DNA of 64,000 nt from an uncultured bacterium (GTDB taxonomy: Bacteria; Babelota; Babeliae; Babelales; Babelaceae), in assembly GCA_963848965.1 (NCBI GenBank), contig CAWKFG010000005.1, forward strand, positions 1 through 64,000, in the 5' to 3' direction. The notes under the pieces were generated by a model that was given only the letters and a program-made list of their open reading frames with translations, did not search any database and had not been told where the DNA came from. This document shows, piece after piece, positions 19,504 to 29,145 of the stretch; the first letter of the stretch is position 1; each line of letters begins with the position of its first letter. A program made the position numbers and the translations under genes.

Positions 19504-19571
19504 AATTTACCAATCTATTTTATTTAGACGATATATAATAAACGTTCACTTTAATAGATTATGCTTGAAGA

Positions 19572-19967
19572 TTAATCTTGTATAGCAAATTTTATCTCTT
19601 CATTTTCTTCGGTAATGGTGATAGTATTAGGCTCTGGTTTTCTATATCTTACTCTTACCCAATCATTGATTATATTAAACATATTTTTCTTGGTTGTATT
19701 AAAATAACTATAAAGCTCTTCTTCTGGACCAAACTCATCATAAACGTATACTCTACCATTACGCTCTACTAGACCATAATCTTCTCCTGATACTCTATCA
19801 CAGTCTAGATGCTCTTTACCCTTAAGCCACAGAGTAAACATCTCATAGCTCCAATCAGTATCTACTGAATAAAGCAAAAAATTTACTAATGATGCTAAAG
19901 ACTCATCATCACACTCAGAAATAAAATGCGCCACATTGTTAGTTTGTATTATTTTTGCGTATTTCAC
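19572..19967 (-). CDS. Putative orphan immunity protein, paralog of 20485-20880
   Basis: 131 aa, same length as the paralog. Shares DD.SL, SY..FT.WLKGK, GL.E..GRVY, PEEE...YF.TTK..M..IINDWV and PNTI. Its GTG overlaps the SPOUT gene stop. Confidence 0.75.
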   Translation of the reverse strand: MKYAKIIQTNNVAHFISECDDESLASLVNFLLYSVDTDWSYEMFTLWLKGKEHLDCDRVSGEDYGLVERNGRVYVYDEFGPEEELYSYFNTTKKNMFNIINDWVRVRYRKPEPNTITITEENEEIKFAIQD

Positions 19968-20395
19968 AGCTTACTGCCTTTAGTGTTATAAGTTAAAACA
20001 TATAAGCCAATAGCCAAAGCATGAGATACATTATATGACCTTTGATTTGGAGCATCTAATGAAAATATACCATCAAAATACACACGCTGTTCAACAGGTA
20101 CCCCAAAGCTCTCATTACCTACAGCTAACAAGAATGAAGGAGCTATAATCTTTGGCATTTTTTCTCCATCAGTTTCTAATAAATATTTTGGAAAAGGATA
20201 ACTTTTTAAGAAATCTAATGAATCCTTCTCATAAATAGGTATATGCTTTTCAGTCTTATATGTGTTAGTCTTACCACTTTTGCTACACTTAAAAGTATAA
20301 ATACTTCGTATATTGAATTGATAAGCTAAGCGATAAATGAGTCCTACGTTTTCAGGATATTTGACCTCTATGAGTAATAAATCGATCGTATTCAT
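19964..20395 (-). CDS. SpoU/TrmH (TrmL-like) SPOUT RNA methyltransferase, stand-alone catalytic domain
   Basis: VKYPENVGLIYR, LAVGNESFGV and RSYNVSHALAIGLY match SPOUT motifs 1-3. Confidence 0.85.
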   Translation of the reverse strand: MNTIDLLLIEVKYPENVGLIYRLAYQFNIRSIYTFKCSKSGKTNTYKTEKHIPIYEKDSLDFLKSYPFPKYLLETDGEKMPKIIAPSFLLAVGNESFGVPVEQRVYFDGIFSLDAPNQRSYNVSHALAIGLYVLTYNTKGSKL

Positions 20396-20484
20396 TTTTC
20401 ACCTAATACTTGAATTAAGTACTCCTTTACTAGTTATAAAATAATTGACAATAACGTTTTAACGCAGAAAATATTTTTACAAAA

Positions 20485-20880
20485 CTAATTTTCAAAAGTA
20501 AACTCTATGTCTCCATTTTTCTCGATCATAATAATTGTATTTGGCTGCTGAATTATTACATCTACCCAATCATTAATAATTTTTAACATATGCTCTTTTG
20601 TAGTACTAAAGTAATTAAAGTATTCTTCTTCAGGATCCCATATAAAACCCGGATAAACTCTTCCCTTTTTTTCTCTCAAGCCATGTGCATTGCTAAAGGC
20701 TTCATTTTGCTCATACTTACCTTTAAGCCAATCAGTAAAGAAGTTATAACTTAAGTCCCCCATAATTGCACGTGCCAAAAACACACCTAGTATATATAAA
20801 GAATCATCGTTATAATCTACGATTGTATAATCTTTATATTGAGTTATTTTAAATCTTACAAAATGTACTCTACTTTCCAT
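20485..20880 (-). CDS. Putative cognate immunity protein of the EndoU toxin
   Basis: Small aromatic/acidic ORF overlapping the toxin gene end by 11 nt. Confidence 0.75.
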   Translation of the reverse strand: MESRVHFVRFKITQYKDYTIVDYNDDSLYILGVFLARAIMGDLSYNFFTDWLKGKYEQNEAFSNAHGLREKKGRVYPGFIWDPEEEYFNYFSTTKEHMLKIINDWVDVIIQQPNTIIMIEKNGDIEFTFEN

Positions 20881-23800
20881 AATATTTCCGTTCTAAAGGG
20901 ATGTTCCAATTACTATGAGTAGGATAAATTGAAATCACCTCAGCAGTTATCGAATTTATATACATTAAAAGAGAGCCATCTCTATAGGGTAATCTTACTT
21001 CAATTATCTTTTTAGGATCTGGCTTAAAGTTGCTAAAATCCATTGCTTGAAGGCTACTTACTACTTCTTTAATTACTTTCAGTGGCGAAACATCATTAGG
21101 AAAAAAAGACGATTCTTTTCGTTCATTACCGTGTTGAATTAATGCTCTATATAAACCACTAGGTTCTTCTTCTGGATGTAAAAACTTAATCTTCCCAGCT
21201 CTTTGTATAGTGCCCTTATAATCAAAGTGAAGGCCACCAATTTTGCCACATTTACTGATATCTAATTTAAAGAGATGATCCCAATTTATTTTTAAAGGTT
21301 TACTAAAACCCTTGACATGAATTTTACCATAAAGTCTATTACAAGCATTAATAACCGACATAAGATGATGTGCTTGCTTCGGGGTATTAACAATAGAGCA
21401 GATATCTTTTACTCTCTTTGCAAAACGCTCTTTTGAGATACCAGCTTTTTTTGCTTTTCTTTCAGAGCTTCTGAATGATCTTGTTTTTCTATATTTGCTT
21501 TCTAACTTTGCTGCACTCTGCTGTAATTGATGAAACTGATCTGTATTATTTGTACCTTGTGTAAAGGCATTAGTTACCTGAGGAAGAATATTTTTTTGTT
21601 TTGCACTTTCAATAAGACCAGCTATACTGCGCCACATAAATAAAGCATCAGCTATATCCATTCCTATTCTTACAGCAAATCTGCCAACATCATAAGGCTT
21701 GCCTTCTAAAGCAGCATTATACATTCCTGAAATATCGCTTAAATATTGCTCTGGTCTATTACATAGCGCATAACCAGTACCTATAATTTTTGCAGGTAAG
21801 CTAAGGTAAGGCACAAACCGTAAAAACTGTGTAGCTCGTGCTGAATTAGCAATAAATGGAGCTATTTTAGCTGCTACCGGCGCAGCGATTTTAGATCCTA
21901 CTGTTACTGTTGCAGCTATAGCCATAGATTCCAGTGTAGCATAACACCTACTGAGCATCTGCTGCGCAGTTTCGTCCCACATCCCCCGTAAAGCATTTCC
22001 TACACTTTGTAAAACTGCGTAAACTTCACGAGCTTCTTCAGTCTTATTTTGAGCATTAAGCCTTAATGACCACTCAGTAATGGTTTGAACAAGTAATTTT
22101 TCACCTTGCATATCTGGTACTTGAGAAAAGTCTTTTAAGGACTGAATTACTTGTTGTTGGAATTCAATTTGAGCTGGTCTGGACAAGGGCTCAATAAGAC
22201 TATCACAATGTATATTAAAGTTATTTGCAAGGCCAAGTAGTTGTGGATAATCCATACCAAAAGACTCTTTAAGCCGCTCGTTCCTAAATGCTGTTGATTT
22301 TTCCTTTAAGTAACCGTATGCAGTTCCTGCTCTTTGTTTGAGTAGATTATCAAGATATGGATTATAAGCTGTAAGATCTTGAGCTAACTTTCCAAGTTCT
22401 TCAACGTCTATGATAGTCTTATCGGGATTAACTGTGAATCCACCTTGCCTTGGTACAAATAGACTGTGCAATCGATTTGAAATTACTGTAGCAAGTTTTG
22501 CTTCTAACTCATCCTTTTGCTTAAGAGGTCTATTATATTCAAAAGTATAGTAACTTAAACGTGGATTCTCTCTCAGTTTTTGACCAATCTCTAACAATTT
22601 ATCATGATCAGCTTTTGTATAGTTTTTCTTAGCACAGTAATTATTAAGCGTACGGCTTAGCAGCTGAGCCTCAAGTCTTTGTTCCATTATTTCCGCTGCT
22701 CTTGTATTTAGATAAGCTAAAGCCTGAGGAGGAACCAAGTTTGCTAACTTTTTATCTTTAGCAACTGCAAGAATACGATCTTCAACTTTATGCCACATAC
22801 CTTTGTTAGCTATCTGCTTTTCTAACAAAGCACAATATGTTACAAAATGCGAATCACTAAAAGAAGAAGCCAATTTCCCTGCATCTAAGGCAGGAGCCAT
22901 AGGCAATACTCGCTCTATAGCATTTTCTATGTTAAAATTATTTTTAATATAGCTATACTGATCTGCTAATTGATTGCCCGTTGTAATTCTCGCTACCTCG
23001 CTACGCTCTTCTTGTGCAGTAGCCAAGGCTGGAAATTTTAAAATATTTTCAGGAGTCATCCCATCAAGAATTTTATTTATATCTTCTCGATCGTGAGGAT
23101 TTCTAATATTAAGCATAGCTCTTAAGCCGTTAAAGCTTATATGAATACATTGCTTTTGTAACTCTTTTTCGCTTTGAATATCAAAAACATCAGAAAGAAA
23201 TAAGTTGCGGTTTACAAAAGCTTCCATAACTTCTCTCGGTATCTCACGAAATTGTACTTGAGATACCTCTAAATTGCATCTACTTTCATATGTTTTAATA
23301 GTATTGACAAGCTCTATAGCATAAGGAGTCGGCTTAAGTGTTTCTTGCTTAATATAACATTCAATAGGTCTAAAAAATAACTTTGTCCTAGAAAACATTA
23401 TAACTGCCCCACGCTCACGTATGTAAAATTCAGAATCTAGCTTATTCATTGCAGCTCGGCAACTAGGAACTTCAAGTTCAAATCCCATTTTTTCAGCTCT
23501 TTTAAGAAGCTTTTTACAAAAATAAGGATTATGAGCATTTTGTAAAAGTGTTATGCTCATATACTCCTTAAGCTGTTGCTGTATTTCAGGTTGATTAATG
23601 AACTCTTCCTGACTCATTATCTCATAGTTCAATCTTACTGCCGAACTTTGAGCACGTTTCGCTTTAAATTCTTGCACAGCGAAAAGTTTTTTAGAGTCTA
23701 CAGAAACATCTTCTTCTAAATCTGAAAATGGCGCCAAAATACTATGCTTTTGAGGCCCCTCCTTTTGTGTTAGCGTATGCTTATTGGTAGATTTAGACGC

Positions 23801-25384
23801 TACATATTGGTTTACTGGAGTATTTTTTGGAAATAATAACACTTTAGAGTGACCATCATAATTTGCTTGCCCAAGCTGCTTTTGTAAGTTTTTTCTATAC
23901 GCTTCACATTCAGGCAGAAGAACTTCAGAAAATTTAGCGAATAAATTGAGAGCCTCTTGAGATTTACCTTCTACATTAAGCATATGAACATGATGAGCAA
24001 GTTTAACTAATAAATCAGCATGAATAGCAGCAGCGTTACCCTGTTGTGTAGGATTATCACAAGCATTTGCAAGAGTTTGTTCTACTTTAGCAAGTACACT
24101 CTTTAATTGATGATATACCAACTCTTGTCGTACAGATTTGACTTTACTCTCTGCTTCTTGAAGCACTTTTGTATATTCTTGAGCACTCCGCTTTGCCTTT
24201 GCTATCAAATCAGGTTTGCAAGCCTCTATATCTCTTCTTACAACAGTACACAGAAGGGTATCTAAATCAAAAGCACCAGGCATTGAGTACACTTTATCAA
24301 TAGTACTTACCAAGAATTCAAATGAACTTGTGTTATGAGAAGTTGTATTAAGCACTTCAGTTACCTTAGATACCAAGGTAGCCGCATCCTTAGGCTTGCC
24401 AGCAGCATTTAATATGTTACCAATATGTGCGGTTCTAAGAGCATACTGAAAAAGAACGTTATTCCGTTGAACCTCTTGAGACTTTAGACTATTATTGCTC
24501 TCCCTCATTTTAAAACTTCGAAATGCTAAGCCACACACGTGCTCTTGTACTTTCGCTTGCAACTCGTTCTGGTAAGAATGGGTAAAATCACTATAAAGAA
24601 TACCCTTGTCTGCTTGTATATTAGTAAGGGCGTAATAATACTCTTGAGCAAACTTTAAGTACATATGTTCTAATTTTCCGTTTCTCAATGCCGCAATAAT
24701 ATATCTAATTCCTTGCTCGATTTGACTTTTTGCTTCTTGATTAGAACTATCAAGTAAAAGAAAATAGTTAACGTAACGTAATATCTCTTTGCTTTTATGC
24801 TTTGAACTCTGTAATTGTATAAGCTGAGGAAATTCCTTAATCTTACTCTCTAATGGTTTTAAAATGCCAAATGAAGTAAAAAGCTCTTCATCTTTATAAG
24901 AATCGGTATCATCTATCACATAATCCACAACTTGCTTTACAGAAGAAATGTTCCTAAAGTCCTCAGTTGTTGAATCAAATAACATATGAACAAACTTTTT
25001 CAGTGGCTCATTTTTAAGAATTGTTAACTCTTTTTGCAATGCTCCATTCATTAGAGGATAGGCACAATCTTCAATAGTGAGCTCAGTTACCAAATCAAAC
25101 TTATTTTCTAATCTGCTCTCTGAAGAACTTTTAAGGACAGTATCATGTATATCAGATCCTTCCAGTACACTACCCTTAGAAGAAATACCCTCTTTTAATA
25201 TCCAATCCTGCAAACTGCAACCATCCTTATCTACTGCATAAGGATGCTCCGAGCAAAAAGCAATTAACTGTGCAAGTATTCTTTGCGAATCCTTTTTACT
25301 CATTTTTTGCATACTCATCCCAGTCAAAAATGGGATATAAAAAAAAGCTAGAAAACTCCAATAGCTTTTCTTTAACCATTTCAT
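20870..25384 (-). CDS. Large secreted polymorphic-toxin-like protein with a C-terminal bacterial EndoU-type RNase domain
   Basis: Signal peptide, long helical body, hydrophobic pre-toxin region, then WDHLF...GKIGGLH...SSFFPND...ISIYP (EndoU_bacteria pattern H...GGH...FFP...YP). Confidence 0.75.
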   Translation of the reverse strand: MKWLKKSYWSFLAFFYIPFLTGMSMQKMSKKDSQRILAQLIAFCSEHPYAVDKDGCSLQDWILKEGISSKGSVLEGSDIHDTVLKSSSESRLENKFDLVTELTIEDCAYPLMNGALQKELTILKNEPLKKFVHMLFDSTTEDFRNISSVKQVVDYVIDDTDSYKDEELFTSFGILKPLESKIKEFPQLIQLQSSKHKSKEILRYVNYFLLLDSSNQEAKSQIEQGIRYIIAALRNGKLEHMYLKFAQEYYYALTNIQADKGILYSDFTHSYQNELQAKVQEHVCGLAFRSFKMRESNNSLKSQEVQRNNVLFQYALRTAHIGNILNAAGKPKDAATLVSKVTEVLNTTSHNTSSFEFLVSTIDKVYSMPGAFDLDTLLCTVVRRDIEACKPDLIAKAKRSAQEYTKVLQEAESKVKSVRQELVYHQLKSVLAKVEQTLANACDNPTQQGNAAAIHADLLVKLAHHVHMLNVEGKSQEALNLFAKFSEVLLPECEAYRKNLQKQLGQANYDGHSKVLLFPKNTPVNQYVASKSTNKHTLTQKEGPQKHSILAPFSDLEEDVSVDSKKLFAVQEFKAKRAQSSAVRLNYEIMSQEEFINQPEIQQQLKEYMSITLLQNAHNPYFCKKLLKRAEKMGFELEVPSCRAAMNKLDSEFYIRERGAVIMFSRTKLFFRPIECYIKQETLKPTPYAIELVNTIKTYESRCNLEVSQVQFREIPREVMEAFVNRNLFLSDVFDIQSEKELQKQCIHISFNGLRAMLNIRNPHDREDINKILDGMTPENILKFPALATAQEERSEVARITTGNQLADQYSYIKNNFNIENAIERVLPMAPALDAGKLASSFSDSHFVTYCALLEKQIANKGMWHKVEDRILAVAKDKKLANLVPPQALAYLNTRAAEIMEQRLEAQLLSRTLNNYCAKKNYTKADHDKLLEIGQKLRENPRLSYYTFEYNRPLKQKDELEAKLATVISNRLHSLFVPRQGGFTVNPDKTIIDVEELGKLAQDLTAYNPYLDNLLKQRAGTAYGYLKEKSTAFRNERLKESFGMDYPQLLGLANNFNIHCDSLIEPLSRPAQIEFQQQVIQSLKDFSQVPDMQGEKLLVQTITEWSLRLNAQNKTEEAREVYAVLQSVGNALRGMWDETAQQMLSRCYATLESMAIAATVTVGSKIAAPVAAKIAPFIANSARATQFLRFVPYLSLPAKIIGTGYALCNRPEQYLSDISGMYNAALEGKPYDVGRFAVRIGMDIADALFMWRSIAGLIESAKQKNILPQVTNAFTQGTNNTDQFHQLQQSAAKLESKYRKTRSFRSSERKAKKAGISKERFAKRVKDICSIVNTPKQAHHLMSVINACNRLYGKIHVKGFSKPLKINWDHLFKLDISKCGKIGGLHFDYKGTIQRAGKIKFLHPEEEPSGLYRALIQHGNERKESSFFPNDVSPLKVIKEVVSSLQAMDFSNFKPDPKKIIEVRLPYRDGSLLMYINSITAEVISIYPTHSNWNIPLERKYYGK

Positions 25385-25701
25385 GATAATCCCCCTTCAC
25401 TTTATATGCTGCTTGTATAACGAGTGCTTAAAAGCAAACGTTATCGCCTAGAATAGAATTATATTTCACATATGTCAATAATGATTTTATAAAAAGCTAT
25501 AACATACCTAATTAACTTTTTTATTGGAAAATAAAAGAGGGCGTTTATACGATTAATTGTTTCTGGATGTAATGAACATTGGCCCGTATTGAAAAAAGAG
25601 GTTGACATGGCTAAGAACTAAATTATACTTAGCTGTAATTATTAAGCAGTGTAAAGTTAAAATATTAAAAACTATGCTAACCATATTTGAAGGGAATTGT
25701 T

Positions 25702-28700
25702 ATGTATAGAAATCTTTTTATGCTCTTTTTACTATCTTTTACGTCTTTTACGCTTTTTAGTATGGAAAAGGGCAAAGGCTCTCCAAGAAAATCAAAGCAC
25801 ATAGGAATGAAAAGTAGCATACCACAAAATACTAAGCGACAATCTGACACATTTGAGCCTGAGCTGTTTGAAGACTTTGGTGCACAACAACCTGTGCATG
25901 AATACATGCAATTAGAGGTTATCAATCAAGATGGAATGCTTGGTGGTAGTGCTAGTTGTGGTTATCATGCACTTAAAAATGGTCTTATTATTGCTCGCCT
26001 TTTATCTGCAGAAGAAGAACATAAACATGAAATTCAAGCTCTTTTAACGTTAAAGGCACCTGTCAGTGAGCTATTTGGTGATAAAACAAGTGTGTGGAGA
26101 GCGTATATCATTGAAGCTCGAGCGAAACAATTGGCTTCATGGTATATAAGAGATGTTTTATTAAAAAGCATTAAGGGTGCTCGAGTAGCAGAGCAAGGAA
26201 CGTATGATTTAAACTTAGCACCTACGAAAGTATCTTTTGAGCCTTTTGCTGCAGGCTCTCAAGAGAATGAGATAGAAAGACGTGCATTGCAAGGAATACT
26301 CTCATCAGTAAGTCAGCGTATAGCCGCTACTCAAGGTGTAAGGCAAGGAGATTTGCTACGTTATGATATCTCTTTAGAAGCGGTTACCCGTATAGCACAA
26401 GAATGGTTTATTAAAACCATAAAAGAAGATGACAATAAGACTGCATATCAAGCATTACACAATATTGCTAGAATTATGAGCTATTTTCCTCATTTTGCGC
26501 AACTTTCTTTCTCAATTCAAGATGACAACATTATTCTCTCAGGACGTCAAGAAACTATATACCGTCACACTTATAGTGGAGGGAAAGGTAAAGTAAGAGG
26601 TGGGGGAATTGGAGGATTCGGTCAATGGCTTGAAACAGAGGAAATTAAAGCGCTTTATGCACTTGAAAAAGAGCGTAATAGCGAATTAGTGCAAGAACTT
26701 TTTAATAGTGCACATGTATCATTTAAAGAGATTCTTTATATTGAAGATCCTTTTGAAAATCCATTACAAAACCAATTTGAGATGAATGCTGAGTTGCAAT
26801 CGCTTGCTCAAGATATGCAAAGCCCTTTCAGCTCATTCACTGCCGTTTTAATTATACACCAATCAGGCTTTCCTCATTGGTTTACCTGTGTTATTAAAAA
26901 GCAACGTAATAAAATACAGTATGTTTTTGCCGATTCTTCTCAGACTCCTCGTATTAATGATATTCATGCTCGAAATGTTATACGAGTACTCAATGGAGAA
27001 AATCCAATAGAGCAGCCTCGTCCACAGAACCGATCTGCAGGACCTAAAAAAGCAGAACCGTCTTCACAGAATGCATCTACAAAATTAGAAACTAAAGATC
27101 AACAATCGCAAGAAAATACAAAGCAAGAAGAACTTAAGTATTCTCAAGGGTCAATGCCAAAACCAGAAGATATTTTTAAGGCATTTATGTCTCAAGGCTC
27201 TGATAACGGGACAATCAACTATAGCGTAGGTATACCAACTATTACGCTTGAAGATCTTATTGGAGTCCCACAAGAAATAGTAAGGACTGTTCAAGCACTT
27301 AATAATCCACGACCACATAATAGGCGTTTGGGGATGCTTCTATATGGCCCACAAGGAACAGGTAAAAGTACGCTTGCTGAAGCTATAGCAGGTTCTACTA
27401 AACGTGAGTTGTTTATGGTCTTTGCCTCTAACGTGGTCACTAAGTTTCAAGGTTCTGGTGCCCAAACTATTCAAGACATCTTTGCTCAGGCAGCAAAAGC
27501 ACAAAGGCCAGTTATTGTCTTTATAGATGAGATAGACTTGATTACAGGAAAAACTGATGCAGGTAATGCTAATGCTCGCTCATATGAAGAAGCTCGAGTA
27601 GCTTTACAAGCTGAGCTTGGCAAAAAGAACCCAAATATATTCTTTATGGCTGCTACTAATCATTTAGAGAACATCGATCTAACTATCCGTAGTAGGCTTG
27701 ATGATTATACAATTAAAATAGACCTGCCTACGAGGGATGACCGTAGACAAATCTTTGCTCTTCATGCACGCAAAAACGAAATCGTGATAGAAGAAGCTCT
27801 GCTTAATAAATTAGCCTCTGCAACAGAAGGGCTCTCTGGACGACACATAGAAAGAATTGTATTAAAAGCTATAGCTTTAGCAGATGCACGAGATCAAGAA
27901 AAACTTACCGTAACAGAGCAGGATCTCTATAGTGCTCTGTATTTTCACGATGAACGTGTACCTCAGCAACCACAACGAGAAACAATGTTAAGCCACTTTG
28001 CTGCAGGTAAAACTAATATTGATGCTGCAACATATCGACGTCTTGCTGCTGAAACTGCAGGCCTTACAGGAAGGCAAATAGAGGAAGTTGTGACAAAAGC
28101 AGTATTACTAGCTCAAAGTAATAATAAGCAAAATCAAGCTAGTGAAAATCACTTTCTTATTGCAACTTATTTGATAAAGCCAGACAAGAAGCCAAATAGG
28201 ACAGTAAGAGAAATATTGTTTAAGCACTATATGGACGGTAAAGGTTTCTTGATTCGTGAAGAATCTGCAGCAGGTGTTGCAGAAAGAACAAAGGAATTAA
28301 GTGGTCAACAGCTAGAAATTATTGCAAATAAAACAATGAAAATAGCTGAAAAAATAAATAAAGGTTTTCTTTATTTTAATAATATGCTTGCTGCTACATA
28401 TTCTAAACAACCTGAATATCAAGTGGTTAACTTAGATGATGCGGTAGTATTAGCTCGTTATTATTTACGTGGCAAACAAAACAATTTATCTGATGCTTAT
28501 TTGAAAACAAGGCTAGAACTAGTAAAAGACTTAACACCTAAGCAAATTAAGCTTATTATTAAAGATGCTTATAAATCAATGCAAGAGACTAAAGTTGACT
28601 CAATTACAGAACATGACTTTAATGTTGCCAGTATGCACCTTAAAAACTCTGTGTATTGCTCCAAAATAGACTTTGAATCATGTCTCATTGTAAAAAGCCG

Positions 28701-28938
28701 GGGAAAGCGAATACAAGTTTCTCATGATTTCTTTCATAGGCTTGCTTATGAAGGAGTCAAAGGCTATCAGGATGGGACAATGGTGTTGAACAGTGTAGTC
28801 AAAAATCTAATGGGCATGGCAGAACTATATGCTCAAAAGCGGGGCAGCACTTATATAAATAAGATAGATTTTATAAATGCTTTAAAAGATCAAGATGTAT
28901 TCGTATGTGATCCAGAAGCATCCTGTAATTTATTTTAG
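25702..28938 (+). CDS. Secreted fusion: Josephin/papain-like cysteine protease + AAA+ ATPase + tandem AAA lid repeats
   Basis: Start MYRNLF. Q...SCGYHALKN, PHWF and FADS form a putative triad. LLYGPQGTGKS, VFIDEID, AATNH and IRSRL define the AAA domain. Repeated T.GLSGR.IE lid units follow. TTGACA-16-TATACT promoter at 25602-25629. Confidence 0.82.
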   Translation: MYRNLFMLFLLSFTSFTLFSMEKGKGSPRKSKHIGMKSSIPQNTKRQSDTFEPELFEDFGAQQPVHEYMQLEVINQDGMLGGSASCGYHALKNGLIIARLLSAEEEHKHEIQALLTLKAPVSELFGDKTSVWRAYIIEARAKQLASWYIRDVLLKSIKGARVAEQGTYDLNLAPTKVSFEPFAAGSQENEIERRALQGILSSVSQRIAATQGVRQGDLLRYDISLEAVTRIAQEWFIKTIKEDDNKTAYQALHNIARIMSYFPHFAQLSFSIQDDNIILSGRQETIYRHTYSGGKGKVRGGGIGGFGQWLETEEIKALYALEKERNSELVQELFNSAHVSFKEILYIEDPFENPLQNQFEMNAELQSLAQDMQSPFSSFTAVLIIHQSGFPHWFTCVIKKQRNKIQYVFADSSQTPRINDIHARNVIRVLNGENPIEQPRPQNRSAGPKKAEPSSQNASTKLETKDQQSQENTKQEELKYSQGSMPKPEDIFKAFMSQGSDNGTINYSVGIPTITLEDLIGVPQEIVRTVQALNNPRPHNRRLGMLLYGPQGTGKSTLAEAIAGSTKRELFMVFASNVVTKFQGSGAQTIQDIFAQAAKAQRPVIVFIDEIDLITGKTDAGNANARSYEEARVALQAELGKKNPNIFFMAATNHLENIDLTIRSRLDDYTIKIDLPTRDDRRQIFALHARKNEIVIEEALLNKLASATEGLSGRHIERIVLKAIALADARDQEKLTVTEQDLYSALYFHDERVPQQPQRETMLSHFAAGKTNIDAATYRRLAAETAGLTGRQIEEVVTKAVLLAQSNNKQNQASENHFLIATYLIKPDKKPNRTVREILFKHYMDGKGFLIREESAAGVAERTKELSGQQLEIIANKTMKIAEKINKGFLYFNNMLAATYSKQPEYQVVNLDDAVVLARYYLRGKQNNLSDAYLKTRLELVKDLTPKQIKLIIKDAYKSMQETKVDSITEHDFNVASMHLKNSVYCSKIDFESCLIVKSRGKRIQVSHDFFHRLAYEGVKGYQDGTMVLNSVVKNLMGMAELYAQKRGSTYINKIDFINALKDQDVFVCDPEASCNLF

Positions 28939-28958
28939 ATAGGACCATATTTACTGAG

Positions 28959-29006
28959 TGATTACATATGCAGAATCATTTAATTGTTTTTCTGCATATG
29001 TAATCA
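28959..29006. terminator. 17-bp perfect stem-loop after the AAA fusion gene
   Basis: TGATTACATATGCAGAA...TTCTGCATATGTAATCA. Confidence 0.55.
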
Positions 29007-29096
29007 ATATTTATAAACCATGAAGACTTTAATTCTATCTGTTTTTCGTTGATAAATTCTACAAGAAATCTATAGATGAGTTAGTAAGTGTCTTTT

Positions 29097-29130
29097 AAAA
29101 AAGAACTCAAGCAGTCAGACTTGAGTTCTT
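29097..29130 (-). terminator. Intrinsic terminator of 29146-30156
   Basis: AAGAACTCAAG/CTTGAGTTCTT stem with a U-run on the minus strand. Confidence 0.7.
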
Positions 29131-29145
29131 CCAATAAACTAGTTG

